This document shows, piece by piece, positions 7,711 to 17,584 of a stretch of 64,000 nt of DNA; the first letter of the stretch is position 1, and the number at the start of each line of letters is the position of its first letter. The stretch is taken from assembly GCA_023264635.1 (NCBI GenBank), contig JAHFLT010000004.1, positions 5,991-69,990 of the forward strand, read 5' to 3'. Below the pieces are notes generated by a model that was given only the letters and a program-made list of their open reading frames with translations, ran no database searches and was not told where the DNA came from. A program made the position numbers and the translations under genes. Source of the DNA: Candidatus Woesearchaeota archaeon (GTDB lineage Archaea; Nanobdellota; Nanobdellia; Woesearchaeales; JAGVYF01).

Positions 7711-8981
7711 AAAATCTCTATGAGCAAGGTGAAGCTCTTCTCAGACTAGCTGAACGCGAAGCGAATTATGTACAGGTACACATTTCCGCTCCACTCCAGC
7801 AAAAACTCGAGCTACTATCGAATAAGACAGATTCATTTACTTCTACTGAACATGTGAGCTACGCCGTACTCGTGTACGTCAATGGCCGTTCTGGCACTTC
7901 TGTATCAAACACGTTTTCACCTGCTGTAGTTGAGCGTGCGATTGCGCTAGCAAAGGCGTCTTCGCCAAGCGAGTATTTCTATGGTCTGCCCCTAAAGCAG
8001 CAATTGCACAAGCTCCAAATTTTCGACAAGCGTATCACTGCATTGACAGAAGATGGTCTGATAGATATTGCAGATGAAATGATTGTAGGAATAGCAGATG
8101 AAACAGTGACATTATCTGCTGGCTCTGTCACGAAACAAGTGTCTCAAGATATAATTTTCACCAGTGAGGGTATCCAACAGGTAGAGCAATCAACTGCATT
8201 AGCCATTGTTGCAGAATGTATCGCGCGAAAGAATGGAATGATTAAATCTGCATGGGATTACAGGCAGGAGCGGCAGCTTTCCCCTTTGACACCGTTCACT
8301 TCAGCTCTGCAAGAAAAAGCAACTTTTTTTCTGGACAGTAAACAGCTTAAGGAAAAAATGGGTATAGTGATAGTGAAGCCAGAACCTTTTGCAGATCTGC
8401 TAGAGCACGCTTTTCTGCCTAATCTCAATGGCAAAAACAATGAAAAAGGAAAATCATGTCTGACTGGAAAAACAGATACACAAGTGATTTCCCAAAAAAT
8501 AAGCATCTATGATGATGCATTGCTCCCTTTCGGCATCAGTTCCCGCGCATGTGACTTGGAAGGATCCCCCTCACAACGTACACCTTTATTCAGCAGAGGA
8601 GTTCTGAAAAATTTCATTTATGATTACAACACAGCACTGCATACAGGAAAAGCATCCACTGGCAATGGAGGCTTTTCATCTATCGATTTTACTAACGTTG
8701 TGGTTGAAGGGGAGTATCAGGAAGTGGACAAGGCTCTTGTCATAGACTCAGTCATCGGTGCTCACACTGCTGATGAAGTTGCAACTGATTTCTCAGTCAC
8801 TGTGGAGAGGGCATATATCCTGAAAGATGGGGAGAAAGTGCCAGTTACCGGTTTTATGCTTTCTGGTAAGATGTTTGATGCTCTCCAGAAGGCAATCTCT
8901 CTCGGCAAAGAGAGAAAATCATACAATGGCATTTACACCGGTGCACTGGCAACGACTGGTGTGAATATCATTTTATCGTAA
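7707..8981 (+). CDS. pmbA: PmbA/TldE family protein
   Basis: 424 aa, overlaps the tldD stop, and has the TldD/PmbA-like C-terminal fold pattern without HExxxH. Confidence 0.75.
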   Translation: MKNLYEQGEALLRLAEREANYVQVHISAPLQQKLELLSNKTDSFTSTEHVSYAVLVYVNGRSGTSVSNTFSPAVVERAIALAKASSPSEYFYGLPLKQQLHKLQIFDKRITALTEDGLIDIADEMIVGIADETVTLSAGSVTKQVSQDIIFTSEGIQQVEQSTALAIVAECIARKNGMIKSAWDYRQERQLSPLTPFTSALQEKATFFLDSKQLKEKMGIVIVKPEPFADLLEHAFLPNLNGKNNEKGKSCLTGKTDTQVISQKISIYDDALLPFGISSRACDLEGSPSQRTPLFSRGVLKNFIYDYNTALHTGKASTGNGGFSSIDFTNVVVEGEYQEVDKALVIDSVIGAHTADEVATDFSVTVERAYILKDGEKVPVTGFMLSGKMFDALQKAISLGKERKSYNGIYTGALATTGVNIILS

Positions 8982-9026
8982 TTCTTCACGAAAAGAATTA
9001 TATATCCTTCTCCTTCCCAGAGGAGC

Positions 9027-10310
9027 ATGCCACAGCCCGGGGATAGAGTCAAAATTGCTACGCAGCAGAAAACCTATGATGGATTTTTTATGCCATCGCT
9101 TAATCCGAAGATAGTAGTTATCAAACTTTCTAGTGGGTACAATGCAGGCTTCAAGCGTGATGAAATCAAAAAGATAACAGTGCTAAAAAAATATGTGCCT
9201 ACACCAAAGAAACATATTCTTCCACAATCAGAAGGCCAACCGATCATTGCAATCCTCCATACGGGTGGTACAATAGCATCCAGAGTCAGCTATGAAACAG
9301 GTGGTGTGGTTGCGCAGTTCACCCCTGAAGACTTATTGGTCCAATTTCCCGAATTGGCAAAATGTGCTACGCTTCGTTCCCGTCTTGTTGCCAATATGAT
9401 GTCAGAGAATATGCGTTTTGCACATTACAATATTTTAGCTAAAGAAGTAATTGCCGAATGGAAAGCAGGCGCAACCGGCATCATCATCACTCATGGGACA
9501 GACACGATGCACTTCACAGCAGCAGCATTGTCATTTCTCTTGCCGCGGGTTCCCGTTTCAGTGTTGCTTGTTGGTGCACAGCGTAGTTCCGATAGGGGGA
9601 GCACTGATGCTGCACAGAATCTGCTTGCCGCTGTGCAATTCATCACACAGACAGATTATGCAGTACTTGGAATCTGCATGCATAAAACCATTGAAGATAA
9701 CGCCTGTGTCATCCTCCCCGCTTTACGAACACGAAAAGTACATACTTCCCGGAGGGATGCATTCCAGGCAGTTGATTCTTCTCCTTTGGCAGAAATCGTT
9801 ATCGGCGGAAACATCAAGGCAAACAAAGATATCCCAAAAAGAAATTCTGTATGGGAACAAAATTTCCGTCCATTTGATGAAAAGATTCGCGTTGGTGTTC
9901 TCCCGATGCACACCAATATGTATGCAAGTGAATTCCTCACGTATAAAGGATTTGATGGATTGTTATTACTCGGTACTGGTCTTGGGCACTGTCCGATTAT
10001 AACGTTTGATGCTCACACAAAGGAGCACAACGCCATCTTAAATAGCATTAAGTCCCTCGCAAAAAAAAGCGTCGTTGCCATAGCTTCCCAGACAGGACAT
10101 GGAAGAATTAATATGGATGTCTACAGCCCCGGGAGGATGCTCATTGATGCAGGAGTTATTGGTAATCTTCACGACATGCCATGGGAAACAGCTTTTATCA
10201 AACTTGCGTGGTTGCTATCACATTATCCCAAGAAAGAAGCAAAGCGGTTATTTTCTCTGAATCTTGTTGGTGAAATTACACCGATAAGCGCACTGAATGA
10301 AATAACGTGA
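9027..10310 (+). CDS. gatD: Glu-tRNA(Gln) amidotransferase subunit D
   Basis: N-terminal GDRVKI...YDGFFMP and an asparaginase-like core (HTGGTIAS, HGTDTM), immediately upstream of gatE. Confidence 0.9.
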   Translation: MPQPGDRVKIATQQKTYDGFFMPSLNPKIVVIKLSSGYNAGFKRDEIKKITVLKKYVPTPKKHILPQSEGQPIIAILHTGGTIASRVSYETGGVVAQFTPEDLLVQFPELAKCATLRSRLVANMMSENMRFAHYNILAKEVIAEWKAGATGIIITHGTDTMHFTAAALSFLLPRVPVSVLLVGAQRSSDRGSTDAAQNLLAAVQFITQTDYAVLGICMHKTIEDNACVILPALRTRKVHTSRRDAFQAVDSSPLAEIVIGGNIKANKDIPKRNSVWEQNFRPFDEKIRVGVLPMHTNMYASEFLTYKGFDGLLLLGTGLGHCPIITFDAHTKEHNAILNSIKSLAKKSVVAIASQTGHGRINMDVYSPGRMLIDAGVIGNLHDMPWETAFIKLAWLLSHYPKKEAKRLFSLNLVGEITPISALNEIT

Positions 10311-12136
10311 AAATGGATGACATGAAAAAAATGGACAAAGCACTTGGTCTTAAGGTTGGTTTAGAAATCCACCAGCAACTTGATACAGCTAAACTCTTCT
10401 GTTCATGCCCTGCTGTATTGCGTGATGACCAACCTCATTTTTCAGTTACGAGAAAGCTTCGTGCAGTTGCAGGAGAAGCAGGAAAGGTAGACATCGCAGC
10501 TCAGGTAGAGCAACTGAGGGAACGTACGTTCATCTACGAAGGGTATCGGGATACTACATGTCTCGTCGAGTTAGACGAGGAGCCACCACATCCGTTAAAT
10601 CCTGAATCACTTACCATAGCTTTGCAAGTGGCGAAGTTAGTCAATGCAACCATCGTTTCTGAAATTGAAGTCATGCGCAAGACTATTGTCAATGGCAGTG
10701 TCATTTCAGGCTTTCAACGCACAGCGCTTATCGGCATAGATGGGAGAATAGAAGGGCCCTTCGGCACAGTGACTATACCTACCATCATGCTCGAAGAAGA
10801 CGCTGCAAAAGAAATCTCTCAGGAAGACAATAAAGTCACCTATCGTTTGGACCGTCTGGGAATACCCCTCATAGAAATAGCTACTGGTCCTGATATAACA
10901 GATCCTCAACAAGCGATGGACGTTGCTGCATATATTGGGATGCTTTTGCGGAGCACGGAGAAAGTAAAGCGCGGCCTTGGCACTATCCGTCAGGATCTTA
11001 ATGTCAGTATCACTGACGGGCAGCGCATCGAAATCAAGGGTGCGCAAGACCTCAAATTATTACCACTCTTAGTAGAATATGAAGCTCTCCGGCAAAAAAA
11101 TCTGCTGGAGCTCTCAACTACATTCAAAAAAATCTTGATTGGCCAGATAACTGACACAACATCTCTCTTTCTTTCTTCAGCATCTAAAGTTATAGCTGAT
11201 GCTCTCCATGAGGGTGGCATTGTTTTGGGTATTCGCATTGGTAAAATGCGTGGATATCTCGGAAAAGAACTACAGCCAGGAAGAAGACTAGGAACTGAGT
11301 TATCCGATTACGCAAAGGTGCACAGTGGAGTAGGTGGTCTTTTTCACGGGGATGAGCTACCTAAATATGGTATAACCGAAGAGGAAGTGAAGCGTGTCAG
11401 GGAGTTCCTCTCCTGTGCAGCGGATGATAATTTTATTCTCATAGTTGATGAGCCTATGAAAGTAAAAAGGGCAATGGAAGCAGTCGTGGCACGTCTTCTC
11501 GCTCTGCCTAATAGAGTGATAAAGGAGGTACGGCGCGCACATCCAGATGGTACAACATCGTACATGAGACCCATGCCCGGATCAGCGAGACTCTATCCTG
11601 AAACTGATGTGCGTCCCATTAGTCCTCATCCCGAGAAGGTCGCTCTGCCTGAGTTGTGGACAGAAAAAGCGAAGCGTCTTCAGGAAATCGGCTTAGGCAG
11701 TGATTTGGCGCAGACAATTGTATCTGAAGGGCATGCAGATTTGCTTTTGGATTGCATCAAAAAATATCAACCAGTTACGTCCAGCTTTATCGCTGAGACA
11801 ATTGTTTCAATTCCGAAGATACTTCTGAGAAAATACAATATTACCATTAATCCTACAGCAGAAGACTATCATTTCCTATTTGCAGCGCTGGCAAAAGGAA
11901 GGATAACAAAAGATGCAATAGTGGACCTTTTCCATACAGGGCTTCCTGTCAGAAATCATATTGAAGAGTTTAGTGTATTATCCGAAGACGAGCTCAAAAC
12001 CAAAATAAAGGAGCTCCTCGTCTCAATGAAGGATGTTCCATCCAAAGTAGTCGTGGGAAAAATCATCGGTTCGCTTAAGCTTCGGGCAGACGCCAGAAGG
12101 ATAATGGAAATACTCCACAAAATACAAAAAGTATAA
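10307..12136 (+). CDS. gatE: Glu-tRNA(Gln) amidotransferase subunit E
   Basis: 609 aa with a GatB/E-type N-terminus (GLEIHQQL, CSCP), an insertion domain and a C-terminal helical domain. It overlaps the gatD stop. The exact start is GTG 10307 or ATG 10313. Confidence 0.9.
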   Translation: MKMDDMKKMDKALGLKVGLEIHQQLDTAKLFCSCPAVLRDDQPHFSVTRKLRAVAGEAGKVDIAAQVEQLRERTFIYEGYRDTTCLVELDEEPPHPLNPESLTIALQVAKLVNATIVSEIEVMRKTIVNGSVISGFQRTALIGIDGRIEGPFGTVTIPTIMLEEDAAKEISQEDNKVTYRLDRLGIPLIEIATGPDITDPQQAMDVAAYIGMLLRSTEKVKRGLGTIRQDLNVSITDGQRIEIKGAQDLKLLPLLVEYEALRQKNLLELSTTFKKILIGQITDTTSLFLSSASKVIADALHEGGIVLGIRIGKMRGYLGKELQPGRRLGTELSDYAKVHSGVGGLFHGDELPKYGITEEEVKRVREFLSCAADDNFILIVDEPMKVKRAMEAVVARLLALPNRVIKEVRRAHPDGTTSYMRPMPGSARLYPETDVRPISPHPEKVALPELWTEKAKRLQEIGLGSDLAQTIVSEGHADLLLDCIKKYQPVTSSFIAETIVSIPKILLRKYNITINPTAEDYHFLFAALAKGRITKDAIVDLFHTGLPVRNHIEEFSVLSEDELKTKIKELLVSMKDVPSKVVVGKIIGSLKLRADARRIMEILHKIQKV

Positions 12137-12164
12137 ATATGTCTTTCATTTGTTACCATTCTTG

Positions 12165-12226
12165 TTTTGTGATATGGTTATGATACGTGTTTGTGATACG
12201 TGTAATACTAATATTGTTTGTGATAC
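12165..12226 (+). promoter_or_regulatory. four direct repeats of T(G/A)TGATA(C/T) flanking an AT-rich TATA-like segment
   Basis: TTTTGTGATAT (12165-12175), TATGATACGTG (12179-12189), TTTGTGATACGTG (12190-12202) and TTTGTGATAC (12217-12226). The last copy ends 2 nt before the ATG at 12229. Confidence 0.55.
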
Positions 12227-12228
12227 AA

Positions 12229-12393
12229 ATGACACATCTTGAAAAATTGCGTCTTGCGCAGAGTGAGATTCGTGACGTGATTAACTGGGTAAAAGTCTTT
12301 GAAGAGGAATATAATTTAGAAAAAGAGGTAGTAGATACACTATGTAATCGCTTAAGGAAAATAGCAGAGGATATAGCTAAGATTGTCGAGTAA
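12229..12393 (+). CDS. small helical protein (54 aa), unknown function
   Basis: An internal ATG in ORF 12187..12393 gives MTHLEKLRLAQSEIRDVINWVKVFEEEYNLEKEVVDTLCNRLRKIAEDIAKIVE. The upstream part of the ORF is repeat-derived. Confidence 0.35.
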   Translation: MTHLEKLRLAQSEIRDVINWVKVFEEEYNLEKEVVDTLCNRLRKIAEDIAKIVE

Positions 12394-12524
12394 ATTCTGG
12401 GCGAGAGCGTAAGCAGGATGACCGTATAGTTATTATTTTATTATTCTATATTCTGTATATTCACAACCTATTTATAGTCATCTCTCCTTGGTAGTTAAAA
12501 GGGTATGAAAAAAAGAGGGGTACG

Positions 12525-12692
12525 ATGATATATACAAACGTGCCACTGCCGAAACCGTTTGTAGACAAGATAGACCAGATCATCGCTGATCAGGGGAGCA
12601 GTTATCGTAGCAGGCCAGAGTACATTTTGACGCACTTGCGACAAATAATTGAACGTGATCTGGAACGGTCTCACAAAGGCACAAAACAATAA
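12525..12692 (+). CDS. ribbon-helix-helix (CopG/Arc/MetJ-like) protein, 55 aa (absent from ORF track, below its size cut-off)
   Basis: Manual translation gives MIYTNVPLPKPFVDKIDQIIADQGSSYRSRPEYILTHLRQIIERDLERSHKGTKQ. A beta strand (VPLP) is followed by two helices with the GxxSRSEYI-type turn typical of RHH proteins. AGAGGGG lies upstream of the ATG. Confidence 0.6.
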   Translation: MIYTNVPLPKPFVDKIDQIIADQGSSYRSRPEYILTHLRQIIERDLERSHKGTKQ

Positions 12693-12709
12693 GGTTGCAA
12701 TAATGAGAA

Positions 12710-13096
12710 TTGTTTGGCTATATGACACTCTACTCAAGCGCAATTGTGGAAAAAATAGGTTTTTCATGTTCTTCCTGGATAGGTCCATGCGAACTCACTT
12801 ATGAAGTTGTGTCTAAGAATAATAAGCCTGTTGAGCTTGTTTCCTGTTACCTGAAGAACTATCGCTGGGTGTTATATATGCGTGATTACGATCACGATGG
12901 CCGTGTTGAGTCAATGACTATTGTCAAAGACCTTCAACCTTCTATGATTTCAAGAAGCAAGAGTGGCCTTGTGACATATGACAGAAAAACATTTACACGC
13001 GAGCAAGCACGAGAAAAACTAACTCTCGCTGATAAGGTATGGCAACAGGCGCTTTCCCTCCTGAGCGTAAGAAGACAAGTGGTAGCTAATGTATAA
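12710..13096 (+). CDS. hypothetical protein (124-128 aa)
   Basis: The ORF begins 18-30 nt after the RHH stop (TTG 12710 or ATG 12722). No recognised motif. Confidence 0.45.
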   Translation: MFGYMTLYSSAIVEKIGFSCSSWIGPCELTYEVVSKNNKPVELVSCYLKNYRWVLYMRDYDHDGRVESMTIVKDLQPSMISRSKSGLVTYDRKTFTREQAREKLTLADKVWQQALSLLSVRRQVVANV

Positions 13097-13254
13097 ACAA
13101 GTGAATAAAGAATTTAAAATAGATACTGTTTAAAACGCACGGTTCCTAGCTCCAATGAAAAAAGACAAAGGTTATATTTGACATATACTTTATGGATGGA
13201 AGGTTTTTCAATACATCAATCAATACAGAAATAGTAAAAGTATGTGAGGTATTT

Positions 13255-14106
13255 ATGGCTACTAAACGTCAAGGTATTGAGCGTATCATTACAGCAGCAG
13301 ATCTTTCTCCAGAAGACATAAAGGAACTCGCGCGAAAAATTGGCCAACCGTATGTTCCCCATAAGCATAAACTCTATCCTTTCTCAAATTCTCGGCGCAG
13401 GTTTGGTATAGTTGGCGATACTCATCTTAACAGCGATGTGTGCAATGTAGAGTTCTTGCACGCTGCTTACGACTGGTTTAAAAAGCAGGATGCTGATTTC
13501 GTTATTCAAACAGGCGACCTCACTGAGGGTGAAGAAATGAGGAGAGATCAGAAATTTTCTCTGCTCCACCAGGGTATAGATCGCGTTGTAAAACACGTAG
13601 TAGAGACTTATCCCAAAGTTGGCCTGATGACATACTTTATTGCGGGAAATCACGACGAAGCATATTTTAAGCATGCGGGAATAGATATTTGTGAATATGT
13701 CGCTTCTAAACGGTCTGATATGGTTTATCTTGGGATGAATGAAGGAGATCTTCCACGCGATGCAATTACCTGTAAAGTGAAAATTTGGCATCCCTCCAAA
13801 GGCACTGCTAAAGGCCAATCCTACCAAATTCAGGAATTGGTAAATTACTTCGTGAACAAAGATGAAGTCAAACCAAATATATTAGTCATTGGTCATTACC
13901 ACAAGTTTGACTACCTTTTTTATCATAATGTCCATGCTTATCAGGCTGGTACAATGCAGAATCAGAGTGGTTGGATGCGCACAAAGAATCTGGCAGCAGA
14001 TCTTAGCTGCTGGCTAATCGATGTGTACACAAAACCTTCAGGAGAGGTTGACAGGATTCACAACCGCAAAATTTCCTGGGAGCAGCTAAAATGCCAGGCA
14101 AAATAA
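13255..14106 (+). CDS. calcineurin-like metallophosphoesterase, all catalytic motifs intact
   Basis: GIVGDTHLNS, QTGDLTEG, IAGNHDE, IWHPSKG and VIGHYHKF make up motifs I-V. The ATG at 13255 is preceded by GTGAGGT. A roughly 65-aa N-terminal helical extension is present. Confidence 0.75.
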   Translation: MATKRQGIERIITAADLSPEDIKELARKIGQPYVPHKHKLYPFSNSRRRFGIVGDTHLNSDVCNVEFLHAAYDWFKKQDADFVIQTGDLTEGEEMRRDQKFSLLHQGIDRVVKHVVETYPKVGLMTYFIAGNHDEAYFKHAGIDICEYVASKRSDMVYLGMNEGDLPRDAITCKVKIWHPSKGTAKGQSYQIQELVNYFVNKDEVKPNILVIGHYHKFDYLFYHNVHAYQAGTMQNQSGWMRTKNLAADLSCWLIDVYTKPSGEVDRIHNRKISWEQLKCQAK

Positions 14107-14936
14107 CGCTGGACCGTCTTGTCAAACTGATTGAGGACAAGCAGCTTGACCCTCGACAAGTTAAAGATCTCATAGACGAAATCAAGTATCCAGGAATTCG
14201 TTCCCAAGGCGCTCCTGTCGATCTTTCTTTACTTGTCAAGAAGGGAAAAGTGCGCGTAGGTGTAGTTGGTGACACGCAGCTGAATAGCGTGGGTAGCAGG
14301 TTAGATTATCTCCATACATTGTATCAGCTTTTCAAGGAGGAAGGTGCGCAGGCAGTGCTTCACCCAGGTGATTTTACTGATGGCCATCGAAGATATGAGG
14401 GGCACGTATCTGAGGTGCGATACCACAGCTACGAAGACATAGTGAAATTTATAGTAGAAGAATATCCAACCCGTGGCGTACCAACATACTTCATAGGTGG
14501 CAATGATGACCGTACATACCTCACATCACTTAAGCGGGATATATGCGCAGATGTAGCAGAACGCCGTACAGACCTCCACTATTTAGGTATGAATCATGCC
14601 CGTGTGCGCTTTGACAATGTTATTGTTGAATTAAATCATCCACGTAATCTTAATCGTGGTGCATACACCATTTCTTATCCCCTCCAGAAACTTATTGAAT
14701 GCTATAAAGGTGGCTGGAAACCAAATATCCTCCTCGTAGGAGGTTACCACGCATTCTATAATCTAGAGCGGAGAGGCATTGAAGCATTCCTTGTGGGATC
14801 TACTGCAGACCCTACTGCAACGATGATGACCAAGCGTCATTCTTCTGATTGCGGTGGCCTTATACTCGAGATTAATGTAAACAAGGAAGGCTGCCTTAGT
14901 GATCTGCAGTGGGATATCATTCCGTTTTATCGATAG
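14091..14936 (+). CDS. metallophosphoesterase paralog with degenerate metal-ligand motifs
   Basis: Same motif order, but GDTQ replaces GDTH, GGNDD replaces GNHD, and GGYHAF replaces GHYH. It overlaps the upstream MPE gene by 16 nt. Confidence 0.7.
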   Translation: MPGKITLDRLVKLIEDKQLDPRQVKDLIDEIKYPGIRSQGAPVDLSLLVKKGKVRVGVVGDTQLNSVGSRLDYLHTLYQLFKEEGAQAVLHPGDFTDGHRRYEGHVSEVRYHSYEDIVKFIVEEYPTRGVPTYFIGGNDDRTYLTSLKRDICADVAERRTDLHYLGMNHARVRFDNVIVELNHPRNLNRGAYTISYPLQKLIECYKGGWKPNILLVGGYHAFYNLERRGIEAFLVGSTADPTATMMTKRHSSDCGGLILEINVNKEGCLSDLQWDIIPFYR

Positions 14937-14956
14937 CCGTAAAAAAAAAGTGACCC

Positions 14957-16033
14957 ATGAGAAAGACCATGTGTGCTCTGGTGCTTAGTTCTCTCGCTTT
15001 AGGTTGGTATTACAGGTATTCTCCTGCTCAATTACAGCTACAGCCAACCTATATGTTACAGGTACAGGTAAACACAATGGAAAATGCTCCTTTAGTACAG
15101 GTCCGCAATGAAACGTTTATCGACAGGGTTACTTATTCTATACTAACACACAAAAGAGAAGAAAAAAGACTTAATGGTCTGGAAAAGATTATTGTAGACG
15201 CAACAAATGGCAAGTATGATTATGTTCCGATTCTCACTCCGGAAAATGTTTCGGCTATGAATGATCCTGTCTATAAAATAACTAATGAAATACTGTACGA
15301 ACGCATAAATTATGTGTATGATGCCAGTGGTAAAGCAACAGAAGGAAAGGTGGCCCACCGTATGATATTGTTTGGTTCTGGGGTTGTCATAAAGAAAGCA
15401 GAAAAAGAACAGAAACTCTTGGTACTCACTGCTAGTCACGTGCTCAACCAACCAAAACTGCCAGTAGACACCCATGATGACAAAGGGAGAATTGTTTTAA
15501 CGTCCAAGCTAATTACTCAAAACATCGTTTTTGTCACAGCAGATACAGAGTTACCTTTAGTAAACGTTGGATTACCAATGAAAGTCCTTGTTGCATCTAA
15601 TTCCGCCGACATTACTCTTGCAGAAGTTGAAGTTCCTGATAAAAAAGAATTTGCCCGCTTTAAGACATCTCCCAAAATAGGAAATTCCGATGAACTTATG
15701 ACTGGTCACATCATCTATCTCATTGGTTTTCCGCACAATGTTGGCAAAATGTTAAGTAACGGCATTGTTTTATCTCCGGGCAATCCTGATAGGTCTTGGG
15801 ACGATACTAATTTTTACACCAATGCTACCAGCAACCCCGGTAACAGCGGCGGTCCAGCGTATGCAATACGCGATGGCCAACCTGAGTTAGTGGGTATCCT
15901 GAGCTGGAGAATCACCAATAGCGAGGGCCTTCATGGATCCACGAGAATAAACTACGTAAAACCACTCCTTACTGATGAGAACCTGCCTTTATACTTTCGT
16001 GATAGAACTGGTTCTGTAACAGAATCAGAGTAA
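14957..16033 (+). CDS. membrane-anchored trypsin-like (S1/S1C) serine protease
   Basis: N-terminal hydrophobic segment MCALVLSSLALGWYY. Catalytic triad context: LTASHVL (His), SADITLAEV (Asp) and GNSGGPAY (Ser). Confidence 0.75.
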   Translation: MRKTMCALVLSSLALGWYYRYSPAQLQLQPTYMLQVQVNTMENAPLVQVRNETFIDRVTYSILTHKREEKRLNGLEKIIVDATNGKYDYVPILTPENVSAMNDPVYKITNEILYERINYVYDASGKATEGKVAHRMILFGSGVVIKKAEKEQKLLVLTASHVLNQPKLPVDTHDDKGRIVLTSKLITQNIVFVTADTELPLVNVGLPMKVLVASNSADITLAEVEVPDKKEFARFKTSPKIGNSDELMTGHIIYLIGFPHNVGKMLSNGIVLSPGNPDRSWDDTNFYTNATSNPGNSGGPAYAIRDGQPELVGILSWRITNSEGLHGSTRINYVKPLLTDENLPLYFRDRTGSVTESE

Positions 16034-16190
16034 GCAACAGGAATAACTCTCTTTCTTGGTCTTTTTTGTTCCTCAACATTATTTTTTATCATTATATACA
16101 ACATCTCTTACCATATGCCACATATATCATAAATATGTTGTATTTATGTAGTACCAATGTGTCAACGATGCGGCAAAGGAGGGATAAAGC

Positions 16191-17579
16191 ATGGTAAACA
16201 AAACACTGTTGAGTATTATTGCTGCATCGGCAATTACCTTTCCTGTGTATGGTGAAACGCAACAGCGTGACGTGCCACACTACCTAAAAGGCGTGCCAAC
16301 AAAATATACTGATGAAGTAGACTGGTTAACAGCCAAGTTTGTAGCGTATAATTCTCTTGAGGGAAAATATCCAAGCAGGCCTGCAAAAGATTTCTTTAAC
16401 GGTTCTATAAGTGTAACAACAGATGTGCACGGGAAAAAAGTAGAATTTATTTTTAAGAATTATCGACAGGAAGTCTCCAATGCAAATCCATCCAAACCAG
16501 TTGTTGCACATTATACACGACAAGGGAGGGAGGAGCTGAGTCTTGATCAATTCGAGCTTGTGAAAAATGATATTATCGCAACGCAATGCACTGCTTCATT
16601 ACAAGCATATGAACGGCATAAGAACACAGAAAAAACTATCGTTGCTGCACAGGAGAAGTTGTTCAAAAAAAACAAAGTCCTAAAAGAAAATGAGAAGCTT
16701 GCTGATAAGCTGGACAAATATGTAGCCCCTGGTGTCACTGTGGCATCTGCCTTGTATCTCCCACGAATACAGATTACCGACTTCGTGCCCAAACGCCATA
16801 TATTTGGTCCAATACCTGCGTTAGGTATGGCCTATCTTAATTCAGGCTGGATTTATTATGATCCGAAAGCCAGGGTTCTTGACTATATCGATGGTATGCC
16901 AAACGTGCTCATTCACGAATGTGAACACAACAACAGGCAATTCCAACGTTTGCCATATGCAGAGGCTTTTGATGCTGAAACATGGGCATCCCTTCCCATT
17001 TTGGAGAGAAGCGATTCAATAGAATTTTTACTTCACCCTTATTATGAGGATGTCAGGCATATCTCAAAGGTTCTGTTTAGTTTTGACAGCCAACAAGCAT
17101 GGGATAAGAGCTTCTTTGATACTGCTGGTGGTTTGCAAATAAACAAGGAGAAGCTGCACCGTTATATCGCAAACATAAAACAGATTAGCAAAGTGATTCA
17201 AGACACTGCAGTGAACGATTTCATGACAGAGTATTATGCGCATTTTTCTTTCTGGTCAACAGTTAACGATGAGCTGAAGGACAAAAATGCAGCTTTTAAG
17301 ATTTATATGTACCTTACATTTGAGCCAACGCTGCTTGGTGGCCCGGAAGCAACGCTCAAGTGGATGGAAAGGAACAAACTGGTCATAGAAGAGGCTTCGC
17401 GAAAAGCGATCGAAGCTATTAAAGTAAAACCATCCATACAGGGAACTGGAGCACGCGATTCACAGAAGCTCGAAAGCATGATGCAGGACCTCCGCCATGC
17501 AGGGATAAAAATAGAAGATCCACAAGTGTTGTACGACCTCTATAAAAAATTGTTTGATGCAGGTTATCTAAAAAGGTGA
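16191..17579 (+). CDS. secreted protein with HExxH zinc-metalloprotease motif
   Basis: Signal-like N-terminus MVNKTLLSIIAASAITFPVYG, the LIHECEHNN motif, and a strong AAGGAGGG site upstream of the ATG. Confidence 0.6.
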   Translation: MVNKTLLSIIAASAITFPVYGETQQRDVPHYLKGVPTKYTDEVDWLTAKFVAYNSLEGKYPSRPAKDFFNGSISVTTDVHGKKVEFIFKNYRQEVSNANPSKPVVAHYTRQGREELSLDQFELVKNDIIATQCTASLQAYERHKNTEKTIVAAQEKLFKKNKVLKENEKLADKLDKYVAPGVTVASALYLPRIQITDFVPKRHIFGPIPALGMAYLNSGWIYYDPKARVLDYIDGMPNVLIHECEHNNRQFQRLPYAEAFDAETWASLPILERSDSIEFLLHPYYEDVRHISKVLFSFDSQQAWDKSFFDTAGGLQINKEKLHRYIANIKQISKVIQDTAVNDFMTEYYAHFSFWSTVNDELKDKNAAFKIYMYLTFEPTLLGGPEATLKWMERNKLVIEEASRKAIEAIKVKPSIQGTGARDSQKLESMMQDLRHAGIKIEDPQVLYDLYKKLFDAGYLKR

Positions 17580-17584
17580 TACTC

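Noticed and set aside
9451-10002. 183-aa ORF in an alternative frame inside gatD.
   Set aside because: It is on the same strand but out of frame within a strongly supported gene. The product is Cys/Ser/Leu-rich and nonsensical.
12495-12788. 97-aa minus-strand ORF from the ORF track.
   Set aside because: It has no motif and an odd composition. It lies exactly opposite a 55-aa plus-strand ORF with a convincing RHH pattern and ribosome-binding site. I preferred the RHH reading.
16096-16143. Inverted repeat ATACAACAT-N30-ATGTTGTAT upstream of the secreted zincin gene.
   Set aside because: It is real but short and lies in very AT-rich promoter DNA. I cannot distinguish an operator from chance.
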